64,000 nucleotides of DNA from a bacterium. GTDB lineage: Bacteria; RBG-13-61-14; DATKZS01. The stretch spans positions 96,001 through 160,000 of the forward strand of contig CAXXFL010000003.1 in assembly GCA_963674965.2 (NCBI GenBank), in the 5' to 3' direction. The translations under genes were made by a program, and so were the position numbers. The notes beneath the pieces are model-generated. The model made no database searches. It had not been told where the DNA came from and saw only the letters and a list, made by a program, of their open reading frames with translations. Shown here in pieces: positions 23,025 through 32,962 of this stretch. Position 1 is the first letter of the stretch; each line of letters starts with the position of its first letter.

Positions 23025-23780
23025 TTATTCTCCTCTCCATACCGTCCTTTGGTGCTCGCCGGGGGGAAGGGAGAAGTCCTTTTTAATCTCGCGCCAGGAC
23101 TGGTAGCGGCTGATGGTGTCAAGACTGGCGATGGTGGGAGGGATCATTCTCCAGTCGCCTTGCTTCCACCTGGCGATGGCCTCCTCCGGCTTGCACCAGA
23201 CTTCCTCGGCCACCTCCTCCCGGAAGGGGGTCGGCTCCTGGCCCTCCGGCTTTCTGGCCACGAAAAAATGCGTCGAGAACCGCCTCGGGCTGGTGGCCGG
23301 CGTGACCCAATGGGCGAACCATAAAAGACGGGACGGGTCGATGAAAAGCCTCTCCTGCTCCAAAATGGCGCTGAAGGCTATCCGGTCCTTTTGAAGCAGG
23401 TCGCGTTTTTTCTCGAGCCCTTCAAGGCGCGACGGGGCGGGAGACTCGAGGACCTCCCCCGAGCCGTTGGCCGCGAGCAATATGCCGGACTCCTCGAAAA
23501 GCTCGCGCGCTCCCGCCACGAAAAAACCCATGGCCCGGTGATGGTCGGCTACTCCGTCCATGCGCCCGGCCGCCTCCTCCGGGGAAAGGGAGCGGCAGCG
23601 CTCGAACATGGACTCGTCCCGGTCGGACTCGTCCACCTTGCCGCCGGGAAAAACGTAATAGCCGCCCAGGAAGGGCAGGTACCCCTGCCGCTTGGTCATG
23701 TATACCTCGAGTCCGCCGGCGGATTCGCGAAGCAGTATCACGGTGGCCGCGTCCTCTGGTTCAACCGGTTCGAATGGCAT
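23025..23780 (-). CDS. NUDIX hydrolase (NUDT19-like)
   Basis: AATVILLR, FPGGKVD, RELFEESGI, HWVTP...RRFSTHFF, PPT. Confidence 0.9.
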   Translation of the reverse strand: MPFEPVEPEDAATVILLRESAGGLEVYMTKRQGYLPFLGGYYVFPGGKVDESDRDESMFERCRSLSPEEAAGRMDGVADHHRAMGFFVAGARELFEESGILLAANGSGEVLESPAPSRLEGLEKKRDLLQKDRIAFSAILEQERLFIDPSRLLWFAHWVTPATSPRRFSTHFFVARKPEGQEPTPFREEVAEEVWCKPEEAIARWKQGDWRMIPPTIASLDTISRYQSWREIKKDFSLPPGEHQRTVWRGE

Positions 23781-24143
23781 GATAATTTTTCTTCTCCGCT
23801 CGCGTCGCGGGTCACGCCCGCTTCATATTATGCTACTATCGCCTCCGGGTCCGGTCAATTTAAGGATTCGGCTCGACGCGTAATCGAACAAGGGGTGGTT
23901 TAAACCTTGCCCGGTTCATGCTAACATAAATCGCTAAACTTAAATTCGTATATCGGTGGCTGAAAGGAGCGACCGCGGGTTTCCCGGACGGAAGTCCAGG
24001 CGATAGATCGATTTGCCGGGGGAAAAATATCCCGGCCAAGTCGCGTGAATTTTTACAGGGGGACGATTCCCCGCCCTTTCTCCAGATATATGAATTATTT
24101 TGAATGGTTAGACAACGTTTATTCGTCACGGAGGCCCAGTGAA

Positions 24144-27086
24144 ATGGCAAGCGATATAAAATCCACGCGCAACCGGCCATGCCGCCAAATAATGGCGGTC
24201 CTTGCCGGCGTAATTTTCATGGCGTTATTCTTTCCCGCCCCGTCTAGTGGACAGGACCAGCTTTCCACCCAGGACGACATGATCCAGAAGGCCAGGGAGT
24301 CTTATAACGACAGCCGGTTCCGGTCCTCGGCCGAGCTTTACCAGAGCTATCTCAACGCCTATCCCAACGGGGTTTACAGGGACGAGGCCGGCTTTTTCCA
24401 CGCCAGTTCCTATTACTGGCTCCGGGACCTGGACGAGGCGGACAGGGCCTTCGCCCGCGAGGAGAGGGTGAACCTCAAGTACTCCGAGCAGATACTGTAT
24501 TACCGAGGAGAAATCGCTTCCCTCCAGCGCGACTACAACAACGCCCTGGTTTACTACGACCGCCTGCTCAACGAATACCCGGGCTCGATCATGGCGGCCA
24601 AGGCCCTCCAGAGCAGGGCCGAGTTGCATTACAAGGAGGCCGACAAGTTTTTCTCCCAGGGAGCTTATTCCCTGGCCCTCCAGCATTATCAGCAGACGGA
24701 GGGGGTCAGGCCCGAGTATCAGCCCATCGTGAGCTACAAACTGGGCCTTTGTTATTACAAGCTAGGTGACCTCGACCGGGCCGCCAAGGTGTGGAACGAG
24801 CTGGTCAAGGACGATTCCGAGTCTCGTCAGGCCGCCGTGCTTGCCCTTTACCGCCTGGCGCGGGTGATGGAGGACAAGTCGAAATACGGCGACGCCGAAG
24901 CCGCTTATAACAAGCTGATTTCCATGGACAAGGACGGTTACGTCTCGCCGCTGGCCAAGGAGGGCATCGCCAGGGTCCAGGCCAACTCGGGCAACGTTGA
25001 CAAGGCCATGGCCTATTGGAAAAGCAGCGGGAGAGGACGCGAACTGATCGAGCTTTGCGACGGGTTCGACTCCGGCGTGGACCATTATCTTCATCGCGAG
25101 TACCCCGACGCGGTGAAGGAATTCAACGTTCTTATTTCGAAGGGAAGCGACTCGGAGCTTACGTGGAAGTCCAAGCTCTGGCTCGCCAGGTCTTACACCG
25201 CGCAAGGTGTTTCCTTTCAGGCGGCCGAGGCGTGGAAGGAGGTCATCTCCGACCCGGTCAGGATGAACGACCAGGCCCGGCTTGAATACGCCTGGGCAAT
25301 CCTCGAGGCGGACCCTAAAAAGGCCCAGGCGGCGGCCTCGGTGCTTTTCGAAAGCGGCGTGGGGTACACGGCCGAGGACGCCATGGCCATTACCGCCCTG
25401 GCCGGCCTTAAACAGGACCATAACTCCGGCCTGGCCGCGGCCCGCAAGTACCTGGAAACATATCCGTCGGGCAGGCACGCCGGTGAGCTTTCCCTTGCCT
25501 CGGCCAGGATACTGTTCGCGAGAGGAGACGCGGGCGCGGCGGAGAAGGCCTTCGAGACGGCGGTCAGGGAGCATCCCGACCCGGAGCAAAGGGTAGTGGC
25601 GGCCCTCGAGCTGGCCGAGCTACTCAAGCTTCAGGGCAGGTTCGACAGCGCCCTTACCGTCCTGGTCGACGCCAAGCAGGCCGCGAGGACCGCCTCGAGT
25701 CTGTCCGACAAGACCTCGAGGTCCGCCTCCGAGATCATGTACGCCAAGGGCTCTTATGAAAAGGGGATTAAGTACTTCGAGGAATTGTGCGCCTCGTCGT
25801 CGGGAGGACTGGCCTGCTCACCGGATGACAAGTTCCTCCTCTTCTGGGGATACTACAGGTCGGGCAAATACTCCGAGGCGCTAAGCGCGCTCGATTCCCT
25901 TCGCTCGGGCGGCGGGGACTGGGAATATCGGGCCGGCTTCTGGAGGGGAATAACCCTGCTCGAGAAGGGCGACGCCAAGGCGGCCTTCGCCGCGTTCACC
26001 TCCTTGAATCCGGCGTCGCCTCTCGAAAAGGGACTTGTGGCGTGGGAGATAGCCCGGGCCCAGCAAAGGGGGGGGGCCTACAAGGAGGCCATGGCCACCC
26101 TGACCCAACTGGGAGAGTCCAAACCGGACATGGGGTTTTACGTGAGGGGGGCCGTGCTGAAGCTGGCCCTCGAGTCCAACGACTTCCAGGCCTACCTGGC
26201 GGGTCTTCCCAAGCCCGAGGACCTGGACAGGGAGACCATCTCCGAGTCCGCCCTTATCGGCAGGATGAGGCGCATGGCCAAAAGCGGCGCCACGCCCGCC
26301 GAGCTGGAGACGGTCAACGGATACCTCGCGGTGGAGGCCGCCACCGAGCAGATAGCCGAGGAGGGGACCCTCATCGTGGCCAAGGCGGGCCTGGACGGAC
26401 CGGGAAGGCCCGAGGCCATGGCCATGATAGACCAGCTTTTGGCGGCCCATCCCGGGGGCAAGTTCGCCTCCGAGATACGGCTGTACCGGGCGGAGGAAAA
26501 CTTTTACCGCCGCGATTACCAGGGCGCCTTGTCCTGGATCGAGAGGGTCATGCCCGTGGACCTTCCCGATGACCTCGTTTTCAGGCTGCTTTACGTCAAG
26601 GGGCAGTGCTACAAGCAGCTAAGGCAGATCGAGAGCATGCGGCCCAATTTCCTGGCCATTGTAAAGGACCACGCCGAGGAGGGGACCTCCCAGGAGTGGC
26701 TGGACGTGGGCGTGGGACTTACGCTGGCCAGGGAGTTCACGCCCGCCCTTTTCGCGCTCAACCTGGCCAAGACCAAGTCCGACGATCCCCGGGTCCACGC
26801 CGAGGCCACCTATTGGACGGGGCTGGTGCAGGAGGGGACCGGCGACCTGGACGGCGCCTATGACACCTTCATGTCCGTGCAGAAGAATTTCTCGGGCCAG
26901 GGAATGTGGGTGACCACGTCGCTTTACGAGGCGGCGGGGGTGCTGGTCATGAAGAAGGAGTACGACCAGGCCCTCGACCTTTACCGAAAAGTACTGAACA
27001 TGTCCCGGGGCGATCAGGCCACCAGCGGCAAGGTCAAGGCCAAGATGGAAGAGGTAAAGGCGATCCAGAAAAGCCAGGGCGGATAG
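24144..27086 (+). CDS. Large exported tetratricopeptide-repeat protein
   Basis: Signal-peptide-like N-terminus and many TPR motifs (YLNAYPNG, YKLGLCYY, ALYRLA, ATYWTG). Start at ATG 24144 chosen from the GGAGG RBS. Confidence 0.85.
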   Translation: MASDIKSTRNRPCRQIMAVLAGVIFMALFFPAPSSGQDQLSTQDDMIQKARESYNDSRFRSSAELYQSYLNAYPNGVYRDEAGFFHASSYYWLRDLDEADRAFAREERVNLKYSEQILYYRGEIASLQRDYNNALVYYDRLLNEYPGSIMAAKALQSRAELHYKEADKFFSQGAYSLALQHYQQTEGVRPEYQPIVSYKLGLCYYKLGDLDRAAKVWNELVKDDSESRQAAVLALYRLARVMEDKSKYGDAEAAYNKLISMDKDGYVSPLAKEGIARVQANSGNVDKAMAYWKSSGRGRELIELCDGFDSGVDHYLHREYPDAVKEFNVLISKGSDSELTWKSKLWLARSYTAQGVSFQAAEAWKEVISDPVRMNDQARLEYAWAILEADPKKAQAAASVLFESGVGYTAEDAMAITALAGLKQDHNSGLAAARKYLETYPSGRHAGELSLASARILFARGDAGAAEKAFETAVREHPDPEQRVVAALELAELLKLQGRFDSALTVLVDAKQAARTASSLSDKTSRSASEIMYAKGSYEKGIKYFEELCASSSGGLACSPDDKFLLFWGYYRSGKYSEALSALDSLRSGGGDWEYRAGFWRGITLLEKGDAKAAFAAFTSLNPASPLEKGLVAWEIARAQQRGGAYKEAMATLTQLGESKPDMGFYVRGAVLKLALESNDFQAYLAGLPKPEDLDRETISESALIGRMRRMAKSGATPAELETVNGYLAVEAATEQIAEEGTLIVAKAGLDGPGRPEAMAMIDQLLAAHPGGKFASEIRLYRAEENFYRRDYQGALSWIERVMPVDLPDDLVFRLLYVKGQCYKQLRQIESMRPNFLAIVKDHAEEGTSQEWLDVGVGLTLAREFTPALFALNLAKTKSDDPRVHAEATYWTGLVQEGTGDLDGAYDTFMSVQKNFSGQGMWVTTSLYEAAGVLVMKKEYDQALDLYRKVLNMSRGDQATSGKVKAKMEEVKAIQKSQGG

Positions 27087-27093
27087 CGCCGAG

Positions 27094-27684
27094 TCAGGCG
27101 GGCCCCTTTTTCTTTCCGTGATAAAGCTCGCTTCCCGCGCCGGGATAGGTCTTGCGGTCATCCGTTGGGACCGGCTCGGGAGGGGGCCATTTGCCGGGCT
27201 GGGGGGCATGGCCCTCCTTGGCCGTCTCCGAGGGCGAGGAGTCGGCCAAAAAGGGCGCCTCGCGCGGGTCCCGGCCGGGCACGGGCCAACTGAACTCGAT
27301 AGGTATCTCGTTGGGGTCGAAGGTATAGATGGAATGGATAAAGCCGTGGTCGACGACCTCGGAAACCCAGAACCCGGCCCCCCTCAGCTTTCCCATCAGT
27401 TCCCAAAGATCGGCTTGATTCTCCACGCCGATCGAGACGTGGTCGAAACCCACCGGTCCTTCCGCGGGGGCGCCGTGGTCCTTGGGCCTCAGCGGCTCGA
27501 CGCCCGGCCACTCGAAAAAGGCGATGGCGTCGGTCCCGGAAATCTCGAAGAAATAGTGCCTGTATCCGGGACTTCCAATTCCGGCGACCATCCTGGCGCC
27601 GAGCAGGTCTCGCCAGAAACGGATGGTCTCGTCCATGTCTCCCGTGACCAGGGCGAGGTGATTGACTCCCTTAAAAGTCGCCAT
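27094..27684 (-). CDS. VOC/glyoxalase family protein
   Basis: GVNHLALVTGDMDETIRFW, FDHVSI, SIYTFDPNEIPIEF. Confidence 0.9.
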   Translation of the reverse strand: MATFKGVNHLALVTGDMDETIRFWRDLLGARMVAGIGSPGYRHYFFEISGTDAIAFFEWPGVEPLRPKDHGAPAEGPVGFDHVSIGVENQADLWELMGKLRGAGFWVSEVVDHGFIHSIYTFDPNEIPIEFSWPVPGRDPREAPFLADSSPSETAKEGHAPQPGKWPPPEPVPTDDRKTYPGAGSELYHGKKKGPA

Positions 27685-29151
27685 CTAGCGGGGGAACCCT
27701 CTTCCTTTGCCCCTGGTGGTCCATCTCGAGTTCGACCCGCCGTAGTAATAGTCGTAGTAATAATCCCAGAAATCGTAGGGGTCCCAGTAGTAGTAATAGG
27801 AGGGAATCTCGTATTCCTTCACGACGGGCTGAATTATCTTCTTTTCCGTCCCGTCGGGCAGGTCGTATAAAAGGACCAACTCGTGCTCGGTATAGGCGTC
27901 GGGCTCGATGGTCCCGATAAAATGGACCGCCACGATGGGAAACTTCTCGATCGAGCCGGGCATGAACTTCTTTATTCCCAGGTCCTTGACCTCGGATATT
28001 ACCGTGCCCGTCACCACCATCTTGGGCCGCATGATCGGCGCATAGCCGGCGTTCTCGATCTTGACCTCGAGGTACATGAACTGATCGTCCAGTTTGCGCT
28101 TGATCTCCGTAATGTTGATGCCGGTGTTGGTGGTGGGGGCAGCGCCTTCCTTGATCTTGTTCCTATTGTCCATAATGACGTCCACGTCCTTCTGGTAAAG
28201 GTCCGGGAGCTTGCCCTGCTTGGCCAGGTAGGGCTTCTGGGCCCAGTACTCGTCCCAGCCCCTGGCCCAGGTCATGATCCGGGCCGAATAGGAGGGAGGA
28301 TTGAACTTCTCCGGGTCGTAGCGGCGGGCCGCCTTGCCGACCTCGTCGTACTCGTCGCTCAGGTCCTCAAGCTCGTGCTTGATCATCATGTAGATGCCCT
28401 CGCTGGCCGAGATGATCCGTTTCTCGCTCTCGAGGCTGCGGCCGCCCAGGCGGTCGTTTAGCGCCCGGGAGAGTTCCGCCAGCCGCTTGCGGAAATGCTC
28501 GGTCACCTCGGCCCTGACCTGGTCGGCCTTGGAACCCTCTCCAAGCTCCTTGAAAAGCGATTCCACCCCCAGGGCCGCGTCCGTTATTTCCTCCGGGTCC
28601 TGGGGGGGCTGGAAAGCCGCCAGCATGGCCAGGTAACCCTGCTCGACCGCCGCCTGGTGGTATTCTCCGGCGGCCCAGTCGTCGCCCTTTTTCTCCATCT
28701 CGAGATTCTTGTCCTTCAACGACTCGGCCAGGGAGAGAATACCGGCGCAGGTCTCGCCCGAGTAGCTCGTGTCTATCCGGCTTTTATGTTCCTCGTAACA
28801 TTTGGTCCGGGACTTGAGAATGAGCTGCATGGCCTCGTCGGCCAACTGGCCCGCCTTGGCCTCGTCACCCTTGGCCAACGCTCTCCTGCCTTCCGACTCG
28901 AGAAGTCTGAATCCCTGGGTGTCCTCGTTTCCGGGATCGTCCTTGGCCAGGACGTCGTAGAGAATATCGAGCCGATGATACTTGTCTTCCACCGAAAGGC
29001 TCGAAAATGGAGACGAGGAAAAAGGTGAAGACTCCTCGGCCGCCGCGGCGGTTTCGGCGCCCGTCGCTTTTTCCGACTTGGGCGCGCACGATAATAACGT
29101 AAGGACTGCCAGGAACGGCGTTAAAGTCACCAGTGTTTTAATGGAATTCAT
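27685..29151 (-). CDS. Hypothetical lipoprotein with a Tyr-rich C-terminal tail
   Basis: AGGAGG RBS, lipobox LLSC, helical middle region, Ig-like beta region, tail YYYYWDPYDFWDYYYDYYY. Confidence 0.7.
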   Translation of the reverse strand: MNSIKTLVTLTPFLAVLTLLSCAPKSEKATGAETAAAAEESSPFSSSPFSSLSVEDKYHRLDILYDVLAKDDPGNEDTQGFRLLESEGRRALAKGDEAKAGQLADEAMQLILKSRTKCYEEHKSRIDTSYSGETCAGILSLAESLKDKNLEMEKKGDDWAAGEYHQAAVEQGYLAMLAAFQPPQDPEEITDAALGVESLFKELGEGSKADQVRAEVTEHFRKRLAELSRALNDRLGGRSLESEKRIISASEGIYMMIKHELEDLSDEYDEVGKAARRYDPEKFNPPSYSARIMTWARGWDEYWAQKPYLAKQGKLPDLYQKDVDVIMDNRNKIKEGAAPTTNTGINITEIKRKLDDQFMYLEVKIENAGYAPIMRPKMVVTGTVISEVKDLGIKKFMPGSIEKFPIVAVHFIGTIEPDAYTEHELVLLYDLPDGTEKKIIQPVVKEYEIPSYYYYWDPYDFWDYYYDYYYGGSNSRWTTRGKGRGFPR

Positions 29152-29265
29152 GGCGCTCTTCCTCCTTGACCGGTTTGGATTCAATTATGCCAGAATAATA
29201 TCTGGTTTGCCAGAGTTATTTGTCCGCCCGCGGCCCGAGGCGGGAAGGGACATTCCAGCCGGACC

Positions 29266-30063
29266 TCACCCCTGGTGGCGCGACTTATAAGTCTCCAGAA
29301 GGCGGGACATTACCTCGCCGGCCTTGTCCCGGATAATAAGGTCGGCGTATCGGTCGCCGCCGGTCTCGGAAAGGTTAAGTATAACCACCCTCGCGCCGGC
29401 CTCTTTCGCGATCATCGGCATAAGAGCGGCCGGGTATACGACGAGAGTCGAGCCTATGGCCAGCATAAGGTCGCACTCCCGGGACAGACGCTCGGCCTCC
29501 CGCACCTCACGCTCGGGCATGGTCTGGCCGAAGCTGACGGTGGCGGTTTTAAGTATGCCCCCGCATTTTACGCAACTGGGTATGTCCACCAGCTCGCGCT
29601 CGATCCTGGCTCGAATCTCCTCGGAGGGCCACCTGCCGCCGCAGGAGACGCAGTACACCTCCCTGTTGGTCCCGTGAAGCTCGATCACCTTGTCGGCCGG
29701 CGTTCCCGCGTCCTGGTGAAGTCCGTCGATGTTCTGGGTGATCAACGCCCGGGCTTTGCCCAGGGCGAAAAGCTCGGCGATCGCCTTATGGGCCGCGTTC
29801 GGCCTGGCCTTCCACATGGCGTCGTTTTCCATGAACATTTTCCATCTGAGCTTTCTTACCTCGGGATCGGCCAGAAACCTCTGATAGGTCAGCTTGGTGG
29901 GATCGTATTTGCTCCAGATTCCGCCGGGGGAGCGGAAATCGGGAATGCCGCTCTCCGTGCTTATGCCGGCTCCCGTGAATATCACCAGGCCCCTGGATTC
30001 GTGGACCCACTCGGCCAGGGTCCCAATGGCGTCGTCCAGGTCCATGGTATCAAATTGGCTCAT
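29266..30063 (-). CDS. cobB: NAD-dependent protein deacylase (Sir2 family)
   Basis: GAGISTESGIPDFRS, TQNIDGLH, ELHG, CxxC...CxxC, GSTLVVYPAA. Confidence 0.93.
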   Translation of the reverse strand: MSQFDTMDLDDAIGTLAEWVHESRGLVIFTGAGISTESGIPDFRSPGGIWSKYDPTKLTYQRFLADPEVRKLRWKMFMENDAMWKARPNAAHKAIAELFALGKARALITQNIDGLHQDAGTPADKVIELHGTNREVYCVSCGGRWPSEEIRARIERELVDIPSCVKCGGILKTATVSFGQTMPEREVREAERLSRECDLMLAIGSTLVVYPAALMPMIAKEAGARVVILNLSETGGDRYADLIIRDKAGEVMSRLLETYKSRHQG

Positions 30064-30105
30064 TCTTATATCCCCGCTTTGCGTCCGCTTGCCAGGGAGC
30101 CTTTA

Positions 30106-30975
30106 TCAGTCGCTTCCTTGGGAAGGCGTCTTGTTCATGCTTCCCGTCCTGTATCCTTTAAGGTCCAGGGCCGCGAATAAAAAGCCGGCCTTTCTCACCG
30201 CTTCCCCCGCGGCCTCGAGCAGAGCGGGGTCGTCCATGACGGCTTTCATTCCCTCCCGGTCCAACTCTATCCGTCCCACTTCGCCGTGGGACCTTACCCG
30301 GAGCTGCCTGAACCCCAGGGCGCGCAGGGCCATCTCCGCCTCCCCGACCCTGGCCAGGCCCTCCTGGGTCACCGGTTCTCCGTGGGGAAACCTAGAGGCC
30401 AGGCAGGCGCTGGAGGGCGCGTTCCAGTTCGGAAGTCCCAGGCTCGCCGCGATCCTTCTTACCGCGGCCTTGTCTATTCCCGCCTCGACCAGCGGATGAC
30501 GCGCTCCAAGCTCCTTGGCCGCCCTCGAGCCGGGACGGTAGTCGCCAAGGTCGTCGAGGTTGGTCCCGTCAATAAGGAAGTCCTTGCCGAACTTCTCGGC
30601 CATCTTGGCCAGGTCTCCGTATATTTGGAGCTTGCAATGGTAGCACCGGTCCGGGGGGTTCTCGGAGAAGCACGGCGAGGAGAGGGGCACGCCGGGAATG
30701 ACCTTATGGGTCAAGTGGATGGTTTTGGCGTACTCGCGGGCGAAGTTCTGCTCCTCCCTCGGGTACACGGGAGAGGAGGCCGTCACGGCCATGGCCTTCA
30801 GGCCCAGCACGCCCTTTGCCACGCGGGCCACCAGGGTCGAGTCCACGCCGCCCGAGAAGGCCACCAGCGCCGAGTTCATCTCCCGGATTACGTCCCGAAG
30901 CCGATCGAGGGCCCGGCGGTCTTTTTCCTCCAGGGGAGGAGCGCTCTTTTCATCGCCGGTTCGCGGGTCGGACAT
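30106..30975 (-). CDS. larE: LarE-family ATP-dependent sulfur transferase (TIGR00268-like)
   Basis: PP-loop SGGVDS, RCYHCK, DGTNLDDLGDYRPG, ACLASRFPHG, QLRVRSH, GYRTGSMN. Confidence 0.92.
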   Translation of the reverse strand: MSDPRTGDEKSAPPLEEKDRRALDRLRDVIREMNSALVAFSGGVDSTLVARVAKGVLGLKAMAVTASSPVYPREEQNFAREYAKTIHLTHKVIPGVPLSSPCFSENPPDRCYHCKLQIYGDLAKMAEKFGKDFLIDGTNLDDLGDYRPGSRAAKELGARHPLVEAGIDKAAVRRIAASLGLPNWNAPSSACLASRFPHGEPVTQEGLARVGEAEMALRALGFRQLRVRSHGEVGRIELDREGMKAVMDDPALLEAAGEAVRKAGFLFAALDLKGYRTGSMNKTPSQGSD

Positions 30976-31000
30976 GTCCTTTCCTCCGGGAGGTCCCGAG

Positions 31001-31645
31001 CTATCCGGGAATATTCATCCGGCGGAAGCGGCCGGATATCTCTTTACAATCCCGGGCGAGGTCGAGGTCGAGGCTTTCGCCGGGGGCCGCGGTAATTTCC
31101 CCTCCGGCCTCAGCGGTGGAGCCGGGAAACAGGTCCTCGCATATCCTGACCGCTCGGGCGAGGTCCGCCGCCGCCCTTTCCTCTTCGCCCAGCGCCATTA
31201 GCGTCTGGGCCCTCGTGTCCAGGGCCCTCGGGTCCTCGTTCGAAACTTCAACCGCCTTGTCGGCGTATTCCATGGCCTTGCCCGGTTTGCCCGACAGCGT
31301 CAGGCACATGGCCAGGTTGTTGAGGACCGCGAAGTTGTCGGGATCGACCTCGAGGGCGCGGCGATAGTATCCGGCGGCGATCAGGTATTTTCCCTCGGAA
31401 ACGGACGCGTTGCCCAGGCCGGTGAGGGCCACCAGATTGTGAGGGTCCTTTTTAATCGAGGCGGCGTATTCCCTGACCGCCATCTCCAGGTTTCCCTCCC
31501 GCTCGTAAATGGCGCCCATGCTCGCGTGTTCCTCCGCCGTGAGGGGGTCGCTGAAAACGACCAGCTCGGGAGCGCGGGGGCAACCGGTCAGGAGCAAGAC
31601 GCCGACCGACGCGACCCAGAAAAATATGGCGCGTCCTCGTTTCAA
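31001..31645 (-). CDS. TPR lipoprotein
   Basis: Lipobox LTGC and TPRs (ALTGLGN, VLNNLA, LDTRA). The TTG start overlaps the upstream TGA. Confidence 0.85.
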   Translation of the reverse strand: MKRGRAIFFWVASVGVLLLTGCPRAPELVVFSDPLTAEEHASMGAIYEREGNLEMAVREYAASIKKDPHNLVALTGLGNASVSEGKYLIAAGYYRRALEVDPDNFAVLNNLAMCLTLSGKPGKAMEYADKAVEVSNEDPRALDTRAQTLMALGEEERAAADLARAVRICEDLFPGSTAEAGGEITAAPGESLDLDLARDCKEISGRFRRMNIPG

Positions 31646-32304
31646 TTCTTTTTTTCCTCGCTCGCCTTCTCCGAATCCATGGGCGCATTTTTATCGCCGG
31701 CCTTGGGCTTCATGGTCATCATCATGTAACCCGTCCTTTTCCATTGCCGCAGAAAGCGTCCTTCCGGCTCCATGAGCCAGGGGTCTAGCCCGGAATGAAG
31801 CACCAGGAAGTCCTTGCCCCCGTCTTTGACGTAGCCCGCGGCCACCGCGAAATGCCTCCTGGGAAGAGGGTTGACGGCGAGGTTCAAAAATACGATGACC
31901 GGACGCCCGGCGTCTATCTCCGCCTTGATTTCCTCGAGGGTCCCCGGCTTCCAGTGGGCTTCCATGCCGGCCCGGTTGGCCGCGATGAGGAGATCGACGG
32001 TAAAGGTCCCGGCCACGTTCTCGGCCTGGAAGCCCCTGGCAATCGCGTCGGGATCGGCCTCCTTGCCGTGGTATCGAAGAGCCATGGCAACGGCGGCGGG
32101 ACCGCACTCGTAGGGTTTCTGCTCGATAAAGGGAACGGGCAGGAGCTTGCCCGCCCTCGGGTCCTGCCTTAAAATTTTTCCCGGCTTCGACTCGGCGGCC
32201 GCGGGATATGGTTTGTCCACGCCTTCAGCGGCCGCTCCCGACAATAAGGCGGACAGAAAAAAAAGGACGAAAAACGAGGACGCCGTCCTTTCGATCTTAT
32301 TCAT
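31642..32304 (-). CDS. Exported C39-like cysteine peptidase (PA2778-like)
   Basis: Signal peptide, VPFIEQKPYECGPAA, GRPVIV, HFAVAAGY, LHSG. Confidence 0.85.
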   Translation of the reverse strand: MNKIERTASSFFVLFFLSALLSGAAAEGVDKPYPAAAESKPGKILRQDPRAGKLLPVPFIEQKPYECGPAAVAMALRYHGKEADPDAIARGFQAENVAGTFTVDLLIAANRAGMEAHWKPGTLEEIKAEIDAGRPVIVFLNLAVNPLPRRHFAVAAGYVKDGGKDFLVLHSGLDPWLMEPEGRFLRQWKRTGYMMMTMKPKAGDKNAPMDSEKASEEKKN

Positions 32305-32323
32305 CCGGCCGGCTCCCATCGCC

Positions 32324-32893
32324 TCAGGGCTTTGCCGCCCTTTTCAGCTCGGACGCGGTAAACAGGGACCTGACCTCGAGGCCCTCTTTTTCGATGGCCT
32401 CCCGGCCGCCTTCCTCCCGGTCGACCAGGGCGGCCACTCCCACCGCGGCCGCGCCCGCCTCCCTGGCCGCCTCCGCCGCCTGGAGGGCCGAGCCTCCCGT
32501 GGTGATCACGTCCTCGAGGATGACGGCGCGGTGACCCGCCTCGAGGCGTCCCTCGACGCGGCGGCCCCTGCCGTGCTCCTTTTTCTCCTTGCGCACGATA
32601 AAGCCCATGAGGGGCTTGCCCTCGCGGAAACTCTCGGCGATAACCGAGGCCGTGACCGGGTCGGCGCCCAGGGTCAGGCCTCCCGCCGCGTCCGCGTCCA
32701 TGTCCCGGATGAGGTCGAAGAGCAGCTCGCCCACCAGGACCGCGCCCTCGGGATCGAGGGTGGTGGTCCGGCAATCGACGTAGTAGTCGCTCTTCCTGCC
32801 GGAGCTGAGCGTGAACTCCCCCAGCTTGAAGGATCGCTCGAGGATGATTTCCATCAGCCTCTTCCTCGCGGCGCCAAGGTCTTTTCTATCCAT
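32324..32893 (-). CDS. pyrE: Orotate phosphoribosyltransferase
   Basis: GEFTLSSGRKSDYYVD, VRKEKKEHG, PRPP motif ILEDVITTGGS. Confidence 0.96.
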   Translation of the reverse strand: MDRKDLGAARKRLMEIILERSFKLGEFTLSSGRKSDYYVDCRTTTLDPEGAVLVGELLFDLIRDMDADAAGGLTLGADPVTASVIAESFREGKPLMGFIVRKEKKEHGRGRRVEGRLEAGHRAVILEDVITTGGSALQAAEAAREAGAAAVGVAALVDREEGGREAIEKEGLEVRSLFTASELKRAAKP

Positions 32894-32962
32894 TTCCGTT
32901 CCTTTAAACAAGCGGCCCGCCGTCAATAAAAGCGGCGGCGGGCCGGCTTCGGTCGGGCCGAC

